From positions 64,137 to 128,136 of the forward strand of contig JANLHB010000016.1 of the NCBI GenBank assembly GCA_024654625.1: 64,000 nt of DNA. The letters run 5' to 3'. The DNA comes from Patescibacteria group bacterium. GTDB lineage: Bacteria > Patescibacteriota > Minisyncoccia > GCA-002772825. Shown here piece by piece: positions 48,311 to 56,050 of the stretch. A program made the position numbers and the translations under genes. The stretch's first letter is position 1; the number at the start of each line of letters is the position of its first letter. The notes under the pieces are model-generated. The model saw only the letters and a program-made list of their open reading frames with translations. It did not search any database and was not told where the DNA came from.

Positions 48311-49060
48311 ATGAAAAACGGATGGGTATCAATTTGGCGTAAACTGCAACATCACTGGATATGGGATGACAGGCCCTTCAGCCGGGCCCAGGCGTGGATT
48401 GACTTGATCATGCGAGCTACGCACAAGAGCGATAAAACAGTGCTGTTTTTGAATAGGAACTTCACTCTTACCCGAGGAGAGCTCGTCACCTCGTTGCGCT
48501 TTTTAGCCAAAGAATGGGGATGGTCAAAAAACAAAGTGAGCAAGTTTTTGGATGCGCTTGCGGCCGACAAAATGATTGAAAAAAGGGACACCGCGCGGGA
48601 CAGCCAATTCACTCGGATTTTGATAGCGAATTACGGGAGATTTCAACCGCAGAAAAACGAGGAGAGGGACAGCAAAAGGGACACGCGAGGGACACGAAAG
48701 GGACAGCAAAAGGACAGGAACAATAATGATAACAATGTTGACAATGGTAACAAAAAAGATAAGCGCACGAAGGAAGCGGAATACGATACTCTTTTTGAGA
48801 TTTTCTGGAAAGAGTATCCAAACCATAAATCCAGAAAAAGAGCCCTGCAATCTTGGCATAAGTTGAAGCCAACTCCTGAACTGACGCAAGTCGTTGTCAA
48901 TGCGGTGCGGAAAGCGAGAGAAAGCCCGCAGTGGAAAAAAGATAACGGTCAGTTTATACCCCATCCCTCAACCTACTTGAACCAAGAGCGATGGAACGAT
49001 GAGTTGGAATCACCAAAAACAAAGGTCGGAAAATACGATCACTTAATAACCAAAGATTAA
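48311..49060 (+). CDS. Phage replication initiator (lambda O/DnaD-like)
   Basis: GWVSIWRK...W.DLIM.A...RGE..TS...LA..WGW; FE.FW..YP; FIPHPSTYLNQERW. Confidence 0.88.
   Translation: MKNGWVSIWRKLQHHWIWDDRPFSRAQAWIDLIMRATHKSDKTVLFLNRNFTLTRGELVTSLRFLAKEWGWSKNKVSKFLDALAADKMIEKRDTARDSQFTRILIANYGRFQPQKNEERDSKRDTRGTRKGQQKDRNNNDNNVDNGNKKDKRTKEAEYDTLFEIFWKEYPNHKSRKRALQSWHKLKPTPELTQVVVNAVRKARESPQWKKDNGQFIPHPSTYLNQERWNDELESPKTKVGKYDHLITKD
48585..48760 (+). repeat. Iterons plus AT-rich tract (phage origin of replication)
   Basis: GGGACA at 48585, 48597, 48666, 48678, 48689, 48700 and AGGACA at 48711 (11-12 bp spacing), then an A-rich stretch. Confidence 0.75.
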
Positions 49061-49062
49061 AC

Positions 49063-49848
49063 ATGGAAAAAATTGAAACAACCATAAAAGAAAATCAGCC
49101 GGCCCCGCCGCCGACTGCCTGCAGGCGATGCGGGAGTTTGACTGCGCCGAAGTTTATCACGCTTCTCGGCTGGCGCCAGCAGGATCATTGCGATTCTTGC
49201 AGTGTGATTATTGCCGAAGAAAGAGAGAGGCGGGAAACGGAAACCCATAAAAAGATGACCATAGAAACCTATCTTGAACGATCCGGCATCGTTCGTGGAA
49301 TTTTGGCGCGAATGACCTTTGAAACATTCGATAACTCACATAAGGGCAAAGCGTATGAAATCGTCAAAGAATACGCCGAAGGATTCGGCCGGGAGACGAC
49401 AAGCGGCCTCATGCTTTATGGAAAAGCTGGCTCGGGCAAAACACATCTCGCGGTTGCAATAACCCGGCACATCATCGAGCAAAAACAGATTCAAGTCAGG
49501 TTTGCCCGCGTTGTCGATTTGCTGGCAGAGATCAGAAAAACCTTTAACGAGAACGAGCAGTATCGCACTGAAAACGAATCGGACTTGATAAGCCGATACA
49601 CCTCCGCGCCTCTGCTTGTCATTGACGATTTGGGCGCGGAAAAGACCACTGACTGGGTCCGCCAGATTCTGTATCAAATCATTGACGAGCGATGGATAGA
49701 GCAGAAGCCGATCATTGTTACCTCGAACCTCAACCTTGAAGAACTGGAAGCGAGGTTTGAGGAAAGGATAGCTTCCCGAGTCGCCGGCATGTGCCGGCTG
49801 GTCGAGTCCCGGGATTACGATTACCGAATCAAGAAATCAACACCATGA
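49063..49848 (+). CDS. DnaC/IstB-like helicase loader ATPase
   Basis: CxxC...CxxC; GKAGSGKTHLA; LLVIDDLGAE; TSNL; RIASR. Confidence 0.93.
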   Translation: MEKIETTIKENQPAPPPTACRRCGSLTAPKFITLLGWRQQDHCDSCSVIIAEERERRETETHKKMTIETYLERSGIVRGILARMTFETFDNSHKGKAYEIVKEYAEGFGRETTSGLMLYGKAGSGKTHLAVAITRHIIEQKQIQVRFARVVDLLAEIRKTFNENEQYRTENESDLISRYTSAPLLVIDDLGAEKTTDWVRQILYQIIDERWIEQKPIIVTSNLNLEELEARFEERIASRVAGMCRLVESRDYDYRIKKSTP

Positions 49849-50078
49849 CTTTAATCACAGGAACGGAAAAACAAATCGAAGAAGGCGCGCGCGATTACTG
49901 GACGATAGAAGCGATGACGAAATACGGCGGATCGTTTGTGAAAGCTCTTGCCGAAGCGGCAAGACACGCTGACAGGCAAAACCTTGTGAAGATAAAAGCG
50001 ACATGGATCGAATACTGGACGGAGTACGAAAAGACGGGACGCGAGATGGAAGAAAAACACGAGCAAGGAAAAATATAA
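49845..50078 (+). CDS. Phage hypothetical protein
   Basis: M.KYGGSFVKALAEA..HAD..N...IK..W...W..Y, a pattern typical of small phage proteins. Confidence 0.65.
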   Translation: MTLITGTEKQIEEGARDYWTIEAMTKYGGSFVKALAEAARHADRQNLVKIKATWIEYWTEYEKTGREMEEKHEQGKI

Positions 50079-50112
50079 AAGGTCGAAGTAAAAAATTAAT
50101 TTCAACAAAATT

Positions 50113-50337
50113 ATGTCAAGAAAAATAGGAGCGTTATGGATCAAGAAATCGCAGGACGGGAGAAATTACTTGTCCGGCGTGATCCAGGACTTAAGCGGAG
50201 ACATCAACATTGCTGTCTTCAAGAACGATAAAAAAGAAGCGGACAAACAGCCCGATTATAATATCGTGTTGTCGGAAAGATCGAAGCCGGCCCCTCAGGT
50301 CGAAGGAGCCCCGGGTCCAGACGATATCCCGTTCTAA
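50113..50337 (+). CDS. Small SSB-like protein (DUF736-like)
   Basis: KIGALW...YLSG...N..K...QPDY; acidic DDIPF C-terminus. Confidence 0.7.
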   Translation: MSRKIGALWIKKSQDGRNYLSGVIQDLSGDINIAVFKNDKKEADKQPDYNIVLSERSKPAPQVEGAPGPDDIPF

Positions 50338-50480
50338 TGCCAGAATTGAGCGGATTTGCCAAAAACCTTGCCACTTGTTTGCCCCTGTGTGCGATTCTTT
50401 GGCAAAAGCCGACCCGTACCACCTGATAAAGAAAAAGGCGAAAGGGGCGAAAAATTAATCAACTAATTACAAAACGAATT

Positions 50481-50765
50481 ATGGAATCACAAGACAAAGC
50501 AGTATTGGAGACAATACTCAAAGCAATAGTAAGTCAGCCCGAAAAAGTATTGGTGAATCGCACGACGGATGAGATGGGCGTGTTGCTCACAGTTAAGCTC
50601 GGTGAGGGCGATGCCGGCGTTGTTATCGGTAAGCAAGGCCAGAGCATCAACGCGATCCGAAGCGTCATCAACATCGTAGGTCGAAAAAACCAAGCGAAAG
50701 TAAATGTGAAGCTCGATGTGCCAGAGGTGCGCCGAGGGACAGCGAGACCAGAATCCCATCTATGA
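50481..50765 (+). CDS. khpA: KH-domain RNA-binding protein (KhpA-like)
   Basis: L..I.KAIV..P..V.V....DEMGV...GVVIGKQGQSINAIR (GxxG loop). Confidence 0.85.
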   Translation: MESQDKAVLETILKAIVSQPEKVLVNRTTDEMGVLLTVKLGEGDAGVVIGKQGQSINAIRSVINIVGRKNQAKVNVKLDVPEVRRGTARPESHL

Positions 50766-51532
50766 AAAATAAAAAAGTCGAAAAACGAATATCGCAATTT
50801 GTGTCTGTTGAGAAATGCCGGCCGAATGCTTGGAATCCAAGAGGCATGAACAAAAAAGAGTTTGAGGCACTGAAGCTCTCAATCAGTGAGCACGGGCAGA
50901 CCCAGCCGATTCAAGTCCGGCCGATTAAAGACGGATACGAAATCATTGGCGGTTACCACCGCTGGCTGGCCATGAAAGAACTGAAACTTTTGGAAGTGGA
51001 AGTAAACATCACGCCGATGAATGATGATGAATCAAAAATCTTCAGCTTGCAGGATAACATTCACGGTAATGATGACTTGCTTCGTCTTGGAAAACTTGTC
51101 TACGAACTGACCGAGAAAGGATTCTCGATTAAAAAGATTGCTCAAGTGTATGGCACGGAAGAAGATGCCTTGAAAGACGCGCTCAAGGTCGCCCAAGAAG
51201 ATATTTCAAAGAAGTTGCAGAAGCTCAAAGAGGAAATGACCAAAGAAAACTTTGTCGAGCTGTCTTTTATCGTTGACGAGAAACCAAAAGATCAACTCAA
51301 AACATTCGTGAAAGAGGTCACAAAGTTCGCCGAAACCAAGGGTGCGGAAGTTGAGTCGGTGAAAGAAAAAATCAATCCGAAAAAGGTCACGATTGCGCTG
51401 ATTACCTTTAGCGTCACCGGCCCGCAGGCCAAAGTAATAAACCGAGCCATAGAAAAGCTGATAAAGGCCGAAAAGGTGTCGAAATCAAGGGCACTGGAAT
51501 TGATATGCGCGGACTTTATGGCCGGCAACTAA
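50762..51532 (+). CDS. ParB/Srx N-terminal domain protein
   Basis: PNAWNPR; L..SI..HG..QPI.VR; YEIIGGYHRW.A. Confidence 0.85.
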   Translation: MKNKKVEKRISQFVSVEKCRPNAWNPRGMNKKEFEALKLSISEHGQTQPIQVRPIKDGYEIIGGYHRWLAMKELKLLEVEVNITPMNDDESKIFSLQDNIHGNDDLLRLGKLVYELTEKGFSIKKIAQVYGTEEDALKDALKVAQEDISKKLQKLKEEMTKENFVELSFIVDEKPKDQLKTFVKEVTKFAETKGAEVESVKEKINPKKVTIALITFSVTGPQAKVINRAIEKLIKAEKVSKSRALELICADFMAGN

Positions 51533-51560
51533 GGACACTTAAGGACACTTAAGGACACTT
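51531..51560 (+). repeat. Three exact tandem 10-bp repeats (AAGGACACTT x3)
   Basis: Fills the whole gap between the ParB-like gene and terS. Confidence 0.9.
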
Positions 51561-51562
51561 TT

Positions 51563-52024
51563 ATGCCTATCCCATTAAAACTCGAAAAGTATCACAAAAG
51601 AGCTATGGAACTCCGCTACAGTGGCCGATATTCTTATGTCGAGATAGCTGAAAAACTCCAGGATGAATTCGGCAAAAAACCGAAAAAAGTGTCCTTCAAT
51701 GAAGATACGCTAAAAAATTGGTTCAGAACCGAAGGAGAATTATACGAGGTGTATCGGGAATATGAAAAAGAGCAGGACGAATTGAACAAAGAAGCATTCG
51801 ACATTATCAAGAAAGCCGGCCTAAGAGTTCGAGCCGAAAACTTTCGAATAGCCAATGAAATGCTCGTTGCCCTTTTAGGAAGCGACAATGATGCAGTGAA
51901 GCTCGGCGCCATTAAAGAATTATTTGACCGCACCGAGGGCAAGCCAACGCAGAAAACCCAGCTGGAGATAGTAAAAACTCTTGAAGATTATGCCAAAGAA
52001 TACTACGAAAGAAAAAACAGGTAG
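51563..52024 (+). CDS. Terminase small subunit (putative)
   Basis: N-terminal HTH; VKLGAIKELFDRTEGKPTQ; directly upstream of terL. Confidence 0.7.
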   Translation: MPIPLKLEKYHKRAMELRYSGRYSYVEIAEKLQDEFGKKPKKVSFNEDTLKNWFRTEGELYEVYREYEKEQDELNKEAFDIIKKAGLRVRAENFRIANEMLVALLGSDNDAVKLGAIKELFDRTEGKPTQKTQLEIVKTLEDYAKEYYERKNR

Positions 52025-53597
52025 TGATTTATATGCCGAATGGGTTGAGATTCCCCGAAGTTTTATCGAGAGCGCTCTTCAAATCAAAACGGAAGATCAA
52101 CGGCGAATTCTTTTCGAGTTCAATAATGTTCAAAACATGCTGTATCAGAAGATTGATGCGATCCGACAGCAGAAAAAACCAGTCCGCATTATTATCTTGA
52201 AGGCCCGGCAAGAAGGCGTGTCAACTTTTACGGAAGGAATGATTTTTCAAGACACCTCTCTGAAGCCGAATGTAAATTCGTTGATTGTCGCGCATGAACC
52301 AGAATCCACTGAAGCAATATTCGAAATGTCGAAACTCTTCTACGACATGATGCCTAAATTAATCCGGCCACTAAAGCGGTATGACAACAAAAAGCAATTG
52401 GTATTTGATAATCCAGATGAAAAAGCGCGAGTCGAGAAACCGGGTTTGCGATCCAGAATAGTTATTGCTACGGCCGGCAAGGTAAAAATTGGACGCGGCT
52501 TGACCATCCATAATTTCCACGGCTCCGAAGTCGCATTTTGGAAAGACGGAAAAGAACTGATGCTCTCAGTGATGCAGGCAATACCCGATCTCCCGAATAC
52601 AATGGTCATTCTCGAATCAACTGCAAATGGGTTCGGTGGCGACGGAGAATATTTCTACAACATGGTGCAGGATGCCCGATCCGGCAAGAATGATTTTGAG
52701 CTCATTTTCTTGCCGTGGCATTTGATGCCGAAGTATTCGATACCATTCTCCAGCGAAGAAGAAAAAACAAAGTTTACTGAGACACTGGATGTTTACGAAA
52801 AAGAAATCCAGAAAAGCTTCAATCTGAAGCTCAAACAATTAAACTGGCGGCGTTGGGCGATCAAAAACAAATGTGGTGGTGATACCGATAAGTTCAAACA
52901 AGAATACCCGATCACTATCGAGGAAGCGTTCGTCGCCTCGGCAAGCACGGTAATTCCCAAACAGCACATTGAGGCCCAGCGGAAATTTATCAGAGAACCG
53001 ATTGATAAGCTGGACGGCGATGTCTTGATTTACGGGCATGTGAAAAATAATCACTATTACAGCTTGGGTGGCGATCCGTCCGAGGGCGCGGGTCGGGACG
53101 ACTCCGCATTTACGGTAATAGACAAGATGACCGGCCGGGAAGTGGCGCACTACGCCAACAACCGAATACCGCCTGACTTATTTGCCAAAAAAATGGTGAA
53201 AACAGCCGAATATTTCCAGAACGCGATTATAGTGCCAGAAATAAACGGACACGGAATTGCGGTGCTGAATGAACTGCAAAAGCTGGAATATCCGAATATC
53301 TTCCGTCAAAGATACTATGACCATACCAGTAAGCAGTGGACTCGCAGGTTGGGCTGGAAAACTACGAAGATAACGAAACCGTTGATGGTGGACGAATTCA
53401 AAGAGGGTCTGCGAGAAGAGGAAATTGGGATGTCGTCTGCCGCGACTGTAGGTCAAATGCTTACTTTCGTTCACACCAACGAAGCCGGCCATCATGGCAT
53501 GGGAGCTGAAACCGGCCAGAAAGATGATCGCCTTATTTCGGCCATGCTCGCATGGCAAGGATTAAAAGACCTTCCATCGGAATTTATATATGACTAA
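51990..53597 (+). CDS. terL: Terminase large subunit
   Basis: IILKARQEGVST; GRGLT....HGSEVAFW; ESTANG; FKQEYP; GGDPSEG; DDRLIS. Confidence 0.95.
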   Translation: MPKNTTKEKTGSDLYAEWVEIPRSFIESALQIKTEDQRRILFEFNNVQNMLYQKIDAIRQQKKPVRIIILKARQEGVSTFTEGMIFQDTSLKPNVNSLIVAHEPESTEAIFEMSKLFYDMMPKLIRPLKRYDNKKQLVFDNPDEKARVEKPGLRSRIVIATAGKVKIGRGLTIHNFHGSEVAFWKDGKELMLSVMQAIPDLPNTMVILESTANGFGGDGEYFYNMVQDARSGKNDFELIFLPWHLMPKYSIPFSSEEEKTKFTETLDVYEKEIQKSFNLKLKQLNWRRWAIKNKCGGDTDKFKQEYPITIEEAFVASASTVIPKQHIEAQRKFIREPIDKLDGDVLIYGHVKNNHYYSLGGDPSEGAGRDDSAFTVIDKMTGREVAHYANNRIPPDLFAKKMVKTAEYFQNAIIVPEINGHGIAVLNELQKLEYPNIFRQRYYDHTSKQWTRRLGWKTTKITKPLMVDEFKEGLREEEIGMSSAATVGQMLTFVHTNEAGHHGMGAETGQKDDRLISAMLAWQGLKDLPSEFIYD

Positions 53598-54072
53598 TAT
53601 GCAGTGTAAAAAATGCCAAGAAAAATATCCGAATAAACTCCATCAGGGAATTTGCAAGTTTTGCTGGTCAAAGATCGGCAAGAAATCAAAACGCAAAGGC
53701 GCGAGAAACGAGCGAGAGGGCGGCGCAAAGTTTTATGAAAAGGAGTTTGGGATTACGGTCCGAAGGACACCGCGATCCGGCGGGTTTGGATCGTTTATGC
53801 CCGGCGACATTATGGCCAGAGGAGAAACCATCCTCAATGATTTTTATATTGAAATGAAAAACTGTGAGCAGTGGAAACTTTTGGAGTGGTACAAGAAAGC
53901 GAGAGAAGAGTCCCTTGACTTGGGACTTTCAAAAATACCGATTATTGATGTGACGCGCAATTTGGAAGAACATTTTATATTCATACGCCGAGATCATTTT
54001 GTAAAAATAATGAGAGAACTGGAAGGATATAGAAAAAGCGATTCGCAGAGGTCGACGGATCGCCAAAATTAA
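53590..54072 (+). CDS. Holliday junction resolvase-like PD-(D/E)XK nuclease
   Basis: SKRKG.R.ERE; RRTPRSGG; GDI; IEMKN. Confidence 0.75.
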   Translation: MTNMQCKKCQEKYPNKLHQGICKFCWSKIGKKSKRKGARNEREGGAKFYEKEFGITVRRTPRSGGFGSFMPGDIMARGETILNDFYIEMKNCEQWKLLEWYKKAREESLDLGLSKIPIIDVTRNLEEHFIFIRRDHFVKIMRELEGYRKSDSQRSTDRQN

Positions 54073-54090
54073 TAACTAAAGAATAATCAT

Positions 54091-54225
54091 ATGGACGAAG
54101 AAAAAAAATTGAACGAGGATCAAGCTTCTGGCGAGGAAGGACAGGCAGAGGACACAGGTGACAAGGCCAAAGAAGATGCCGACACCGATTCATCCGAGGC
54201 CAGCCAAGAAGGAAGCCGGGAGTAA
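54091..54225 (+). CDS. 44-aa highly acidic peptide; absent from the ORF track
   Basis: MDEEKKLNEDQASGEEGQAEDTGDKAKEDADTDSSEASQEGSRE; AGGTCG leader. Confidence 0.6.
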   Translation: MDEEKKLNEDQASGEEGQAEDTGDKAKEDADTDSSEASQEGSRE

Positions 54226-54282
54226 TTGATTTTTCACGAGGCGGAAAGCCTCGGCTATCCGTCTCAATGAGGAATTAAAATT

Positions 54283-54495
54283 ATGCGAGAAACTATCAGC
54301 CACTGCCCATATTGCACTAAGGTTTTATTCAAAGATGCATCGTTCAAAGGCGAGGCGGATTTTGAGACGAACTGCCATCACTGCGGCAAGCCAATTATGG
54401 TTGAGGTGAAAAGAGAAATCTCCATTATAGTCAAGCCGATCATTAAGGTGGCCATAAAAAGAGGCCCGAAAGACCCATGTGGAAAACCTTGTTGA
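54283..54495 (+). CDS. Mu Com-like zinc-ribbon protein
   Basis: HCPYCTKVLFK...FETNCHHCGK. Confidence 0.6.
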   Translation: MRETISHCPYCTKVLFKDASFKGEADFETNCHHCGKPIMVEVKREISIIVKPIIKVAIKRGPKDPCGKPC

Positions 54496-54516
54496 TGCAC
54501 AAAGATATGCTATAAT
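54489..54516 (+). promoter_or_regulatory. Putative late promoter
   Basis: TTGTTG-16-TATAAT with extended -10 (TGcTATAAT). Confidence 0.65.
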
Positions 54517-54577
54517 AAAAATACAACTGAATAGTCCTTGCTCTGCGGGGCAAGCGTGAATCGTATATTCCGAGTCT

Positions 54578-54640
54578 GCGGGCTCGCAAATGTTGCCAAG
54601 CGAAAGCACAACTCTGGCACCATTTGCGGGCCCGTTTTTT
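54578..54640 (+). terminator. Terminator/attenuator in the leader of the methyltransferase-structural operon
   Basis: GCGGGCTCGCAAATG/CATTTGCGGGCCCGT followed by a T run; competes with hairpin 54571-54586. Confidence 0.65.
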
Positions 54641-54764
54641 ATTTGTAGGCCCTTATCTCTGGCTCTCTTAAAGGTCGAAGCGCATCCATCGACCTCCACC
54701 TGAAAGGGTGTAAAAAGGAGCGTTGAGAGGGCCAGAAATAAGGGCTTAACAACCCAAAACAATT

Positions 54765-55793
54765 ATGTCGTGGACAAAATTTGAATCATTGCCGAATTAC
54801 TTCGGCGGAAAAAGAAAACTGGTGCAGGACATCTTCAAGCACATTAAGAAAAAAGATGGCGTGTTTATAGATGCATTTCTCGGCGGCGGCTCGGTGAGTT
54901 TATGGGCGAAAGCCAAAGGATACAAAGTCGTTTGCAACGACATTGCCGAGCGATCCGTTATTGTCGGCAAAGCTCTTATTGAAAACTCGCGGCATCAAAT
55001 CACCGATGAGGACCTAGCCCGCCTTTTTATAGAAACCAAACACAAAAGTTTTATTGAGCAAAACTATGTCCCAAAAGTATTCGTCAAACAAATCGCCGAA
55101 TTTTTGGACAACGCCTTCGTGATGGTTCGGGACAACTTTATTCCAGGAAGCACCAAGCAATATCTGATGTACCATCTTCTCATTAAATTTATTGGAAGCA
55201 CCCGGCAGTTCGGAAAATTCACACATACGAGAGACACCATCGACCTCTCAAACGAAAGCTATGATTGGCCGCTTCGTTCGAAATCCCACGCGCCAAAAAA
55301 CATCCGCATGATCGAGCACCCGCTGATTGGACTCTTGCATCTCAAGAATGTAATCAATCGCGGCATTTTTGATAACCATCAAGAAAACGAAGTTCACAAA
55401 GGAGATGTGTTTGATTTTTTGAAAAGAGCAAGCGGCGATGTGGTCTATTTTGACCCGCCCTATCCAGAATCAAGCGCATACGAAAATGAATACTATGTCC
55501 TTGATTGCATCTTGGCCGAAAAGAAAATCACGAAAGAAGTGAGCGTGTTTTCAAAGGCCGATGCTAAAATATTTCTCGAAAAAATGTTTGAGTGTTCACG
55601 GCATATTCCACAATGGATCATTTCGCTTGGCCAAACCAATCCCGATACTGGCATAAAACCAGATGAGCTTTTGAAGGTGGTGCGAAAATTCAGAAAAGCA
55701 GAGGTCGAAATGCTTGATCACAAATGGAGTGTGTCCAATGCCGGCGGCCGACCCCAAAGCGACAACATAGAGTACATCGTCTACACCCTATGA
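54765..55793 (+). CDS. DNA adenine methyltransferase (Dam/D12 class)
   Basis: PNYFGGKRKL; DAFLGGGSVS; CND; YFDPPY. Confidence 0.9.
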   Translation: MSWTKFESLPNYFGGKRKLVQDIFKHIKKKDGVFIDAFLGGGSVSLWAKAKGYKVVCNDIAERSVIVGKALIENSRHQITDEDLARLFIETKHKSFIEQNYVPKVFVKQIAEFLDNAFVMVRDNFIPGSTKQYLMYHLLIKFIGSTRQFGKFTHTRDTIDLSNESYDWPLRSKSHAPKNIRMIEHPLIGLLHLKNVINRGIFDNHQENEVHKGDVFDFLKRASGDVVYFDPPYPESSAYENEYYVLDCILAEKKITKEVSVFSKADAKIFLEKMFECSRHIPQWIISLGQTNPDTGIKPDELLKVVRKFRKAEVEMLDHKWSVSNAGGRPQSDNIEYIVYTL

Positions 55794-56050
55794 AATTTTT
55801 ATTGAGAAAAGTTAAAGAATTTATCAATTGGATTCGCGGGCTCTTCAAAGAATCGTCCGGCATTGCCATTTACGAGGTGCTCGCAATAACCCCGGGCAGA
55901 AACCGAGTATGGGTCAACTCAAGCGTTGGCGTGATTAAAAAACCAAACGGCTCGATCCCGTCAAAACTCCTCGATGAGTTTGGCGGATACAACCGGGAAC
56001 GCTATATGCGATTTATTTCACAAAAATTATGGCCTCAATCGACCAACTAA
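55790..56050 (+). CDS. Phage hypothetical protein
   Basis: ATGA overlap with the MTase stop; 86 aa. Confidence 0.55.
   Translation: MKFLLRKVKEFINWIRGLFKESSGIAIYEVLAITPGRNRVWVNSSVGVIKKPNGSIPSKLLDEFGGYNRERYMRFISQKLWPQSTN

Noticed and set aside
51531-51560. CRISPR-like repeat; Cas4-like gene at 46803 as part of a CRISPR system
   Set aside because: 10-bp tandem repeats with no spacers; the nuclease sits in a phage recombination module with no other cas genes.
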